Part shown: positions 52,381 through 64,000 of the stretch, piece by piece
How positions within the stretch are numbered: position 1 is the first letter of the stretch
How the letters are laid out: each line of letters starts with the position of its first letter
Program-made: the position numbers and the translations under genes
NCBI GenBank assembly: GCA_904063045.1
Contig: CAJFCJ010000017.1
Coordinates: 558,001-622,000 of the forward strand
Source of the DNA: Dimorphilus gyrociliatus
Taxonomy: Eukaryota; Animalia; Annelida
Length of the DNA: 64,000 nucleotides
Direction of reading: 5' to 3'
Notes under the pieces: generated by a model
Seen by the model: only the letters and a program-made list of their open reading frames with translations
Told to the model about the DNA's origin: nothing
The model's database searches: none

Positions 52381-52817
52381 TGTTTCAATTAAAGAGGACA
52401 GTTTAGCATTGATTAGATATAATCAAATAAATAACAAAGAGGTAAGTACTGAGCAGTAACTCAATTCGTTAACTTAACCAACTAAACAATCAATATTAAA
52501 AGTTTAATTTTAATAGCTTTAAAGTAGAATTTATGCTTGAATTATCAAAAAAAAAACATTTATATAAATGGCTGTCAATTTTTATAATGTATTCAAACTA
52601 AAGGGAGTACATACAACAATAAAAGTAATAAATGTGCAGGATTTGATGTTAAAAAACACGAAAATAAAAAACGCAACGAAAAACAAAGCAATTGCGATAC
52701 GTAACATGGAAAAAGCCATCTAAAACTATAAAGTATTTTAGATAAAGGTTTTTCCTTTCTTTTCTAATATCTACAGAATGACTGTTTTACATTTGCTTCT
52801 AATCAAGCATCTCATTT

Positions 52818-55439
52818 CTATATTTCAAAATTTGCAGATTTGGGAGATTCTTCAACTTCTCCTTTTCCTTTACCTAATAGTACATTTAAACACTTTAAAT
52901 GCTCATTTCTCTTTGCTTCATCTATTGAGGTTAATCCGTGTACGTCCTCCAAATTTGGGTTGCATCCAACACTAAGCAAGTATTCTACCAGCTCTACATT
53001 TCCGATTGAAGCTGCAATATGTAGAGCGGTTCTCTTGTCAAAGTTTGTAACGTTTGGATCTACCCCAGCTAATATCCACGATTTTAGATTATCTATATGA
53101 TTTGTTGCAACTGCATGACACATCAGCATAGCGGTTCTCATTGGCAACACTCTAAGAACGGCTCCAGCCTTTCGAAGTGATGATATGATTGCATGCTTAT
53201 TAAACCTAACTGCATCATCCAGAGCAGTGTGCCCATATCTATCTTTAACGTGAACCGATGCCCCATACCTTAAAAGATAGTCAACTACGTCCGTCAAACC
53301 TTCGGACGCAGCAACGTGTAACGGAGTTCTCAAATCGTAATCTCCCATACTAAATATGTTTCCTTCAGTCTTTCTGATTCCTTCTAAAGTATCAATATCA
53401 TTTGATCTAGAAGCAGCGCACATAAGCGATGGCAAGACAGTATCTTTTAATAGCTGAACATCTTCGTCGGAGCTTACAATCAGTTGTTTTGATAGTTTAG
53501 ATAGCAATGAATAATTAACAAGAGATTTTGATGCTGGTAAAGTTTTACCTTCTGATACTCTCATTTCACCTCTAATATTTTTACCCATTACCTCTCTCTT
53601 CTTCTGAAAACTCCAATCTTTCTTGGCAAGAACATAGGCTAGTTTGGTTAGAGCAGCCTCAGGAGTCAAATCGGAACCGAAAAGAATTCCAGCATCCTAT
53701 GTAAATGAAATAGGTATTTAATTTCAACTGTTGAATTGAAATTGAAGTAATAAGTTATTTATAACACTAACTAAAAGAGATCTTCCAGCTGCGTAAGAAG
53801 CGGAAACTGCTCCTCTATAACATTGCGTGATATTAACAAGTAGAACCCCTCTGTCAGTAGCCTCCTTAAACAATTTTAGTAAATCTGTCCTAACATCGGG
53901 GCCATTACCAGCACCATATGATTCTATAACCAATCCAAGCATGGGAGGTTGCAAAAACGATTTCACGGCTTCTGCCGTAATACTTGGAAAGAGGCGAAGT
54001 AGAGCAACGTGTGGTGACATTTCCAAACATGCTTTAAATTTAGCAACTTCTTTTGAACTGCAAAAGTAAAAGAAATAGTAAAAAATTTTAAATTATGAAT
54101 AGATAGATGAGTTAAAAATAGACTCAAATTGTAATTCGAATCAGAACACGTGTTCACTGATAATAAAACATGTAAGATACAAGGCAATATAGAATATTAG
54201 ATTACTATTCAAACTATATGTTAGGAATAAGATTCTATTTCTATATTTAAAAGAATGAAAAAGATTATAAAGATTATGCTCATTTTCATAATATTCTGTA
54301 TAGATAAGGAACTTATTTTAAAATTACTCTTTAGCCGTTTAGAAACATTAAATAATATTAAAGTATACCGATAGATAGCAGCCCAATCAACGTGAATGTC
54401 TATTTCCAAATTAACCAAGGGGGGTAAGTTTGGCGATTGGAAAGCTTCAAATGATCCTGAATCAATTTTTGTCGATCTATTACCGCGTAATAGTTTCCTA
54501 TTGAAACAAATTGTCACTTCTGGAATAACGAAATGACCAGCTATAACAAGAGCGTCGCAAAAGTTCTCTAAACCATCACTTCGAACTTCGAATATTGGAA
54601 TCTAAAAGAGTTTTTATAAGAGAAAACAATTCTTTATTAATTCATTTGGATAAATTACCTGTGAGCCTGTTAGGATAACTGTTTTGCCAAGATTCTCAAG
54701 CATGAACGATAATGCCGAAGCTGTATACGCCATTGTATCAGTTCCATGTAATATAACAAAGGCATCGAAATCATCGTACACAGACTGTAAAGTTTTAGAA
54801 TCTTTATTCAATGTTTATAATATTGATAAAGTACTATTTCGGAGATTAAAAACCTCAATGTCGCTGGCCAATTTTGCATAATCAGTCATGGTCATATTTG
54901 ATGAATCAAGGAGAGGTTCATATTCGTAGATATAATAAATAACCCGTTTACCTTCTTTTGACAATCTAGAATAGATACTTAATGTTTAATTAAAATTTCT
55001 TTATCATTAATGAAATACTTACGGCATTACAAGAGGTCTGCTATCAGTGTACATTGCCTGAATTCTCCTGGCGTATTCTTTGTCGTGAAGATTGGGCATT
55101 TCTTTTACTGCTTGTTCCAAAAAGTCAGGTTCCGGTGAGTAGACTTGAAAGAAGAAATGACTTTTCATTATATTCAAATAGCTTTTCTTTAAATATAAAT
55201 TACTTACCACCGTCATGACTTTTCATTCCAATTGTTCCACCACTGTATAATACTAGGACGGTTGAACGCAGTGCTTCTTCTTCTTCAGAAGACTCTATGT
55301 GTATCAAAGGTCCACGACCTTTTAACGTTTTCGGAACAAATGAAGGATCCAAATAACTGGCTTTCGCTTTGTTCATAAAATCCATCAGGCTGGATCTTCT
55401 AGGAATAGATTCTAGACGTAGTGAGTCCATGCTTGTCAC
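52818..55439 (-). CDS. ASPG: L-asparaginase / 60 kDa lysophospholipase with ankyrin repeats, multi-exon
   Basis: [82 protein letters not shown] and C-terminal ankyrin repeats ([15 protein letters not shown]). Confidence 0.95.
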
Positions 55440-55937
55440 CTTGGCATTGACTTGTAGGATGAAACACAGATAGCGCTAGTTGTTATAGAAGCAGTCAATT
55501 TATACTATATACCCCCCAGCCTAGCTACAATTGTCCTGAAGTAGGCTTAAAGGGGTTTCTTTTTTATCTATAAAAACGTCTCTCCTCAATTTGTTCATAA
55601 CCATTTTTTTTAAAGAAAAGAGAAAATAAATAAAAAAACCTTATGCAACGAAAAGTCGAATAAATATTTGGTTCGAGTCAGCCGATCTCATTTCTCGAAT
55701 AAGTTTAGATAGGATTGACGGATATATAAATTGTAGTTTTACGCAGTTTTACGCTGTCTGTATTCTAGTTGAATATCCACACGGAGTTTAGTTATACCTC
55801 ATCGATCGGTGTTTACGTTTAAAATAATTGAATTGTCTCCAAGTCTTGGGTTAACTATTCAAATCTATAACAGGTGAACGAACGTTGATAAAATGATAAG
55901 GAATAGTATCTATTTATTATTTTTTTAATTTTAAATC

Positions 55938-56759
55938 ATGGCTCTAACAGATCACCTGCAAATAGGAATGTCCTCGGATTTGAACTCTTTTTTGCAAGTC
56001 GATGATGACCTCCTGCAGTCTATTTTGAATACGCAACTTTTGGATGACATCACGAAAGGTATTGAATTATTTAAACGTAATAACGTAATTATCAGTAGTT
56101 TTCGTTTGTAATAACTAAACTATTATATAGATCTCTATGATCGGTAATCGCTCTATATAATATACCATATCATGTTGAGGGTTAAGTAAAATTTTAATGA
56201 ATTTTCCAGAAAAGGGTCAAATTGATGAACCAACTTTCAACCAATCGGCATATCTTGGACAAGACATATGGGAAGAAAAACTGTCTTTGCCGGAAGAATT
56301 ATTAATAGATCACACAAATAAAGAATCAACAGAATGTAGCGCACCAACAATAGCCGCAATTCTCCAAGAACCACTCGATAATGATTTCGAGAAATCCCAA
56401 CCAAAACCTGTGAGAAAACGTCCAAAACAATACGTTCCGGACGATGAAAAGAATGAGAGATATTGGGAAAAACGCTATAAGAACAATTTAGCGGCAAGAA
56501 AATCTAGAGAAGCTAAACGACTGCGTGAAAATCGGGTAAATAAACAATAGAATAGTTGTGTTCTTTAAAAAAATGGGAAATATTATACACAATCTAACCC
56601 TGTTTTTGTATTTTTATTCGGCTTTTTTAGCAAAACTTTGAGCATATCGAAAAACTTGAACGAGAAAAAAAGGATCTTCAGGAAAAACTTAATGACGCAC
56701 TACGTGAAAACCAAACTCTTAAACAGAAAATTGGCCTCCAATTTTCAACTGTTGTGTAA
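55938..56759 (+). CDS. PAR-family bZIP transcription factor (HLF/TEF/DBP/Pdp1-like), 3 exons
   Basis: IWEEKLSLP, VPDDEKNERYWEKRYKNNLAARKSREAKRLRENR (PAR-type basic region), then a leucine-zipper exon from 56631. Confidence 0.85.
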
Positions 56760-57157
56760 ATGTATCAAAAACAAGAATTAATTGTGATATTTTATTAAAA
56801 CAGCCCTCTAATTTTAAGAGTTTAATAGAATAATTAAATGGTTACGTAATACTTGTGGAAAATTGTGTTATTTTATTGCTAAAATGAACAAATCGATGTT
56901 ATTTTTCAGTATGAAAAGTCTTATAAAAGACACAATCATGATGAATTTGAGTTTTTCTGTTGTAAATTGATAGATAATAAAAAGATTACACTCTTACAAG
57001 TCTACGTTCAGTGTGTTGATTTTCCCTAGAGTATTCATAATTTTCAGTATAGATGTCGCCACTATTAATACCTAAAAATAAAAACTGGTAATATGTGTTA
57101 TTTGGTAAAAGATAGCAGAAATTGTATTTCGATAAATTGCCTAATTCTTCCATAGAT

Positions 57158-59375
57158 ATGGACTCAACGTCGGCAACTGCTGCCGGAAACGTTTGTACAC
57201 AATGTGGATCGAAAAATCTGGACATAGATCCAGTTCGTGGAGATACTGTATGCACCAATTGTGGAATGGTTCTTCAGGATACCTACATTGTCTCTGATGT
57301 TCAATTTTCAGAAAACGCTCAAGGCGGTAGTTCAGTCATTGGACAGTTTGTATCTGGCGAAGGTAGTAGCGGTGCCAGACCATCTCATCCACTAGGAGCC
57401 TTCCATCAGAGTATTTCGAGAGAATCTCGTGAAGTTACTTTGGAAAAGGGACGAAGATGTATTGCAGAAGTTGGCCATCAGTTAAAATTAAATCAACATT
57501 GCATAGACACAGCGTTTAACTTTTACAAGTTGGCCGTAAGTAAAAGTTTGACAAGAGGCAGACGAAAGAAGCACGTTGTAGCCGCTTGTCTGTATTTAGT
57601 ATGTAGAACGGAAGGGACACCACGTATCCTTTTTTTATAATAAAAAAAAAGATCATAATCAGAATTTATCTTTATATAATCGATTACTTTCCTTAACGTA
57701 ATAGATATGCTTCTCGATTTCAGTGATCTACTTCAGGTTAACATGTTCGACTTGGGCAAAGCTTATAATCACTTAGCAAGCAAACTGTGCATAAATTTAC
57801 CCACACTTGATCCTTGTTTATACATTCATCGATTTGCGAATCAATTGCATTTTGCAGAGAGTGATCATGCGGTTTCTATGTCCGCTTTGCGAATTTTACA
57901 AAGAATGAAACGAGACTGGATGGCCCAAGGAAGACGTCCATCGGGACTTTGTGGTGCTGCATTACTAGTTGCGGCTAGAATGCATAATTTTAATCGAACT
58001 GTAAAAGATGTTATAAAAGTGGTTAAAATTAGTGAAATGACAATACGTAAAAGGTTATCAGAATTTGAAAAAACTCCATCTAGTTCATTAACTATTGAAG
58101 AATTTAATACAATTGATCTTGAAGAGGAGATGGATCCACCCTGTTTCACTGAGGGTAGAACGAAAGAGAAACAAAAGGTTCTCGAAGAACAAGGAAACAT
58201 TAGCGATATATCTGCTGAAATTGCTAGGCTGCAAGCTCAAATTGAAGCGGCGTTGGAGGAAACAACGAAAAAGTATAGTAAACATATAGCAAAGAAGAGG
58301 GAGGCACCTACGGCGGAGGAGTTGGAAGAGGAATTAATTAAAAGTGGAAATTATATAAACGTAGAAACATTAGAAAATTTATTTAAAAATGAAAGTGATA
58401 CTAAAGCAAAAAATGAAGAAGAAGCTGAGGTTGAAAGTGTAAAAAGAGATGTTTTAACTTCGAAAACTACTGAAGGAATAGGTCTAAGCGAACCAATAAA
58501 AGAGTGTTTAAAGGACGAAGAAAAAATTAATCAAGAGACGGACGGTCAGTTAGATTTAGATGGTATTAGTGATACAGAAATTGACAAATATATATTAGAT
58601 GATTTTGAAATGAGAACGAAAGCCAAGCTGTGGTTAGCTGAACATGCAGACTATTTGAAACAGCAAAAAGGTACGCTATACGATTATTTACTATTTATTC
58701 TCACTTTGTTTACATCAATAAACCATCATTACCAATATATTTTTCATAAATAATAGAAAAGGAGGATAGATTGAGAGAAAAACGAGAGCAAGAAGGTACT
58801 AAACCAGAAAAGAAGGTATAATATATAATAAAGCAAATTAGTGTTAATTAATGTAATTTATTACGCATTGTATATACTGTATAAGTATATTTTTCTCTCT
58901 TTTATTTTCATAGAAACGAAAGCGAAAATCTAGAAATCAAACTAACCAAGCTGCTCCGACAGCTGGCGAAGCAATTGAAAAAATGCTACAGGAGAAAAAG
59001 ATCTCGTCAAAAATCAATTATGATGTGCTTAGAGATTTAGATAAGGTTGCTCCCCTAACTGATGCGGAAGCTAATGGTCTTGCAAAACAAGCCATATCGG
59101 AAGAAGTAAAACAAGAAACGAAACCCAACAATATATCACTGCCAAAGAGTAGGTTTAGCAAGCCAGCTTTATTAGTAAATAGTCAGATATCAGCCAGTAC
59201 TGCCCCAGAATCGCCTTTAAAGAAGCCAAAGATAGATGATTTAAGTGACGAAGAAATTCCAGAGGAGGAGGAAGTTGAAGAGGAACAACATGTCAGCGCT
59301 TTACAACTTCTCGGAAGAACGGAAGTAGAGGAGACCTACGACGACTATTATGAAGACGAAGATGAAATGTACTAG
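57158..59375 (+). CDS. BRF1: TFIIIB 90 kDa subunit BRF1, 4 coding exons
   Basis: Zn ribbon (CTQCG..VCTNCG), cyclin folds ([16 protein letters not shown]|[20 protein letters not shown]), [15 protein letters not shown] and [21 protein letters not shown]. Confidence 0.97.
57624..57704 (+). other. U12-type (minor spliceosome) GT-AG intron in BRF1
   Basis: 5' splice site GTATCCTTT, branch point TTCCTTAAC at 57689-57697 and AG 7 nt downstream with no polypyrimidine tract. Removal restores TPH|MLLD. Confidence 0.9.
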
Positions 59376-60348
59376 TTTCTATTTGAGTAAATTTTCTAGG
59401 CAATTTTAAATACAATATACTCAAATTATTCGTTCTTTCTTTAATAAGAAGATCCGTTCATTTTGGTTTCTTTTACATATTTGTAACATTCAAATTAACC
59501 TTTTATTTGTAATCAAGAAATGGTTTGTGGATAATAAATTGTAAATTAAGGTTCGCTATTGAACATTTATAATAAAATGAAGTAAAAATTACAACTATAA
59601 AACTAAAAACAACTTATTGCTTTGTAAATTGAAACAATTGACATAGGACTACAAGTTTTATGATATGACCAGAAATATTTAGAAAAAAATTCTGTCCATA
59701 TAAAATAATGAATTAAAAAGTGAAAACATGACTGAAATACTACACTTTATGAATATTCTTCTCCTAAGAACTATAAGTAGGTAGAGAGATTAAAATCCTT
59801 ATATTTTATATTCTTTGCTTGTGCAGATTGTATATGAATATATAAACTGACAAGTTTAGCAACTTAGCCAATATCTTTATCTAATAGAAATTTTCTTTAC
59901 AATTTAAAACAAAATATAAAGGAAAAAATGATTTCTCTTTAAATAGTTTTTAATTGGCACGGTGTAGAAAATTCATTAATAAATCATTTATACTAAAAAG
60001 AAGACAAAAAATTTGATGTTATTATTCATATTTTTCTCTCTTTTTTCTCAAAAAAGTTGAGTGTTTTTTTTTTTTGTTTTTTTTTTTTTAAAAGACATAA
60101 GGCTTTGTTTTCATAGAATTTGAGATTTTTTCCTGAAATTACCAGATAATAATCGCAATAATCTTTTAAAAATACTTATAATAATAAATTAGTTAAGCAA
60201 AAATCTACTTTCAGTATATATGCATATATATTTATATATATATTTATTTGTAACCTGAATCTTTGTCTTCATTTTTTCCCTTTGATTTCTTTAAATTCTC
60301 TTGTAGTTTTCTTCTAATTCATTTATTCTATGGTCTTAATTAATTTTA

Positions 60349-61660
60349 TTAAAAAGACCATTCTATAGTCTCGGCACAAGTTATGTTGTTCATTTCGTTA
60401 GATAAAAATTCATAGTCGCTCTCGTGTCCTCTTTCTAATCTTGATAAAGGCCTTATTGGTAATAAAAGCTCTGGAAGAGCTTCCGAAATACTTCTCTTCT
60501 TTGTAACCTTAAAGAAATCATCATGAAGTAGTTCAACCGCTCTTGGTCTTGTGTGAGCATCCAATCTAAGGCAGGATTCAACCATTAGATGGAAATTATT
60601 AGAAAAGGTTCTGTCACAACTTGGAACTGTTTTTGAGTCCTCGAGCATAGGAACAATTCCATTTATTTTTTCTAATAGCATTCTCATCTTTGGCATATCG
60701 TCGAATGGAGGACCACCGTTGGCGAGTTCACAGGCAGTTATTCCTAAACTATAAATATCGCTTTTCACGGTATATCCTGCTAAGTTTTGTTCGAGTAATT
60801 CTGGACTAGCCCATATTAGAGACGATTGAAAACCTACATCCGGAAAATCGTGTATAACTCTTCGCCCAGATGAAAGATGAGTCGGTTCCAAGTGGTCAAT
60901 TGCTCGACAATAACGCAATCCGGAGAGTTTGACTCGACCTTGACTTCCAACTAAAATATGACTTCCCCTTAAAGATCTATGTACAATATTTTGTTTGTGT
61001 AAATAAGCTAATCCTCTAAGTGTTTCCTTCAGAATATATGCAATGGCTTGTTCCGGCAAACCTCCTTTAAAATGAGCGTGCAGTAAGTCTCTACACGATC
61101 CATATGACATGTGATTGGTAACAGTAAATATGTAAGAATCGTTGGTGAACGAACATAAAAAACTAAGAATGTTCGGGTGATGTAAGCGGCCCGTAATCTG
61201 GAGTTCATCCTTAAAAAACAAGAGATAAAACCAATTGTTACACGGAAATTACATTGATAATATTATTAACGTACTTCAAGCAATGATAGAGGAATTTTTA
61301 AATATTCTAGATTAACACATCGTATAGCTACCGGCTTCTTTGTATCTTTCCTTTCAGCAGCATATATATTAACACTGTTTTCGCATGAGCTTCCTATAGA
61401 ATGTTTTAAATATATTAAAATATGTGTCGCCAAACAAGAAAATATCAATAAAAGAATGTCTAACCTATTAATGGTCCAAATCTGTAAAGGTTTATATTGC
61501 ACAACTCTGCCGGATTAGATGCCAAAATCTCCTCTTTAGAAATGTCGTTGGCCGATTGACGATTTGACTAATAAAACGGATTTTTTAAAGCAATTTTAAA
61601 TAATGTATTTTGAGACAATATTCTTACGCATGATGAACGTACACAATTATAAAAATCCAT
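60349..61660 (-). CDS. STRADA: STE20-related adaptor pseudokinase STRAD, multi-exon
   Basis: LHHPNIL..TNHMSYGSCRDLLHAHF..AIAYILK..VHRSLRGSHIL..KLSGLR (HRS and LSG replace HRD and DFG), WASPELLEQNLAGYTVKSDIYS, ending EWSF. The start at about 61660 is tentative. Confidence 0.92.
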
Positions 61661-62852
61661 CTCTCGAACAAAGTGAAAGATTTTTTATCCTGTGTACAAG
61701 CTTTAATCAAATTTACTTACAAAAGCAGCCATGTTTACGTACTAAAATGCTGGAATATCGCTCACTTACTATACATATGATAGGCCAACTAAGACTTTCA
61801 TTAACTTCTATGTAATCATAGTTAACTATATAGGCCGTTTCTTAGAAAAAACTCTACACCTACATTTATACACTTAAAACATATATTTACGTTTAAAATT
61901 TCGTTGATTCTCCTTAATATTTTCCAACCATTCCAGCAGCTGTACATCTTTAGGAAAGATGGAATATATGAAGAGATTTTCTCACAATTTTATATATTAT
62001 GCTATTTAGCAGTAATATATATTTATATACATATTTAAGAGAAATACATAAATTTCGTTATTTGTATCCTTTATCGTTCTAAAATCTATCCAACGAAATG
62101 ACAATCTATTCTATAGAGATTCATTAATTATTTGTATAGAAGAGTTTGACTGTTAGTTCTCCATAGTTGGTAAAAATTTGAATAGATTATGATTAATAAA
62201 AACATCTTTCATTTATATAAAAACAACAAATTAACCAATTTCTTCGTAATATACATTTTCATTATATAATTTACGAAGTTTACTTTTAATAACATTTTAT
62301 CAATAAAAAGTCAACATTATTAGTTTATTAACAAATAGAGCAAGTGTTATTTGTTTATTTATTCATCTATTCATATATTCCTTTGATTATAGGAAGAAGG
62401 AATAAACAGATACAATATTAGAACATCGATTATTACAACTATTTATTGTTCGTTCTATAATTTATTAATCCTCTTAATTATACTAATCCTTCAATTTTGC
62501 TATTCTTCTTCTTACTTGCTTTTTATAAATATCATCCTAAATATTGTTTATAAGCACTTTTTTTAATAATCTCTATTTAGTGTGACTTTATTACTATTTT
62601 TTATTATTTCGCAATATTACGTTAAGATATTAAACTTTTAACAGCTGTAGATGGCGCGAGTGTTTGCACGATTACATCTTCATTTAAAACATCTAATATC
62701 GCTCTCTATCGGCTCGTTTCTACTTTATCTTTAGCACTATAAATTTGTATTCTCTCTTTATAGAGGGGTTTTTTAAAATAATTTTTACTATTTTAATAAT
62801 TACTTGAAAATATTAAAAATATTTCAATTTCAACTAAAAATAGCATTGAAAT

Positions 62853-63700
62853 ATGAAAACAATATTTTTAATTGTCTGTACGGAGCTTTTTATATTTACT
62901 TTGATAAATACTGCAAAAGAGGATGAGAAATGGAAGAAAAAAGATGTTAGAGATTATACCGATGCTGATCTAGAAAGACTTTATGATCAATGGGAGGTAA
63001 GGTTTTAACTTTACTGAAAATTACAGGTGTTTATGTTCAAATAGTAAACAAGTTTTTATATAGGACACTGATCCTGATGAGTTGAGCGAAGATGAATTAC
63101 CAGATTATAAGAAACGTCCACCACCTATATACGAAAAGGATATACGCAATGTGAAAGATCCAGAAGAAGTATTAAAAATGTCAAAAAAAGGACGAGTGAT
63201 TATGTTATTTGTGACCGTTTCAGGTAAAAAACATCATTATAATATTCATATTTTCATCATTCTTCTCTAAGCTATAATTGAAAAAAAAACAACAAACAAT
63301 CATATTAGGTGATCCAACTGAAAGAGAAACTAATGACATCACTCGTCTATGGCATGGAAGTCTATTTAATGCTCATTTTGATATTCAAAGGTATTATAGT
63401 ACAATTGTAATGGAATTATTTTACAACAATCAATCTTTTTTAGGTATGTTATAGAGAAAAATAGAGCGATATTCAGTGTACCTGATGGCTCAAAAGCTTG
63501 GGATGTTAAAGACTTTCTTATCAAACAAGATAGATGTTTGCTAGTTACAATAGATGGAAAAGAATACTATGGCAAAGCTCATTCAGTGAGTAAAATGGAA
63601 AGTCTATCAAATATTAGAGTTTTAAATCCCCTCTTTATCGTTCTATTAGAAATTTGAAGATGGAAAGAAATCGACAAAATTAAAGAAAGATGAATTTTAA
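62853..63700 (+). CDS. MESD: LRP chaperone MESD (Boca), 5 exons
   Basis: Signal peptide, KKKDVRDYTDADLERLYDQWE|..KMSKKGRVIMLFVTVSG|DPTERET..LWHGSLFNAH..|..DGSKAWDVKDFLIKQDRC..VTID, ending KDEF* (ER-retention-like). Confidence 0.95.
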
Positions 63701-63774
63701 GAGTTTAAAGAAAAGTAAAATATTTTTTGTCCTCTTATCATTAAATACTTAATTTAATACTTTAATACTAAGTG

Positions 63775-63950
63775 TTAAGTAACTGGAATTTGTATAAAAT
63801 TGAATAATAAAATAAATACCATGTAAAATTCATAATGTCTAGGCTTTCCCGCCAAATTTTTGTTTTTAATAGAGGGCGTTAGTAACATATTGTCATAGTA
63901 ACAAACAACATGTCGGAGCCAGAGGATAGGTAGGTATTTTAATCTACAAA
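63775..63950 (-). CDS. Possible 3'-terminal exon of a gene starting beyond the window
   Basis: Acceptor-like tttttgtag precedes an open frame (LKYLPILWLRHVVCYYD..) ending with TAA at 63775, convergent with MESD. No homology recognised. Confidence 0.3.
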
Positions 63951-64000
63951 AAAACATTTTATATGATCTAGATATATTAACTTTTATATTTTAACAACAA

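Noticed and set aside
56841-56850. Perfect PAR D-box GTTACGTAAT downstream of the PAR-bZIP gene (autoregulation idea)
   Set aside because: TTACGTAA also occurs at ~18066, ~18875, ~42067 and ~52077, some within CDSs, so it is unremarkable in AT-rich DNA.

Overview
AT-rich, very gene-dense eukaryotic (metazoan, probably lophotrochozoan) nuclear DNA. I could reconstruct about 31 protein-coding genes by hand from the ORF track plus splice signals. Most have short (about 50-90 nt) GT-AG introns, several large genes have intronless CDSs, and many are arranged as tight head-to-head pairs. The compact layout resembles a miniaturised invertebrate genome such as the annelid Dimorphilus (inference only). 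Gene order: PDCD2L(-), B3GNTL1/QTGAL(+), small TM ORF(+), SLC25A16(-), SGSH(+), orphan TM protein(+), Kelch/KLHL2-3(-), DUT(+), PTCD3(-), TMCC(+), TEX2(-), SDHAF2(+), SPPL2(-), CIAO2B(-), MEIOB(-), Cys-rich type I TM protein(-), DDOST(+), Sulfotransfer_3-type sulfotransferase(-), TMEM218(-), VMA21(+), TOMM20(-), GATAD2(+), ETNPPL/PHYKPL(+), His/Lys-rich orphan(-), two tandem DUF229 genes(-), ASPG(-), PAR-bZIP(+), BRF1(+), STRAD(-), MESD(+). I found no tRNA, rRNA, transposon or CRISPR features. The most notable items are an 81-nt U12-type minor intron in BRF1, a 175-bp bidirectional promoter carrying both an RFX X-box-like site and a CLEAR/MiT-TFE E-box between a ciliary gene and a V-ATPase assembly gene, a recurrent CTCF/YY1-like AGATGGCG motif, a structured element in a TOMM20 intron, a phase-shifted PAR-bZIP zipper and an asymmetrically diverged DUF229 tandem pair. 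I see no clear evidence of a wholly new multi-gene system. All gene names come from recalled protein family motifs, not database searches.
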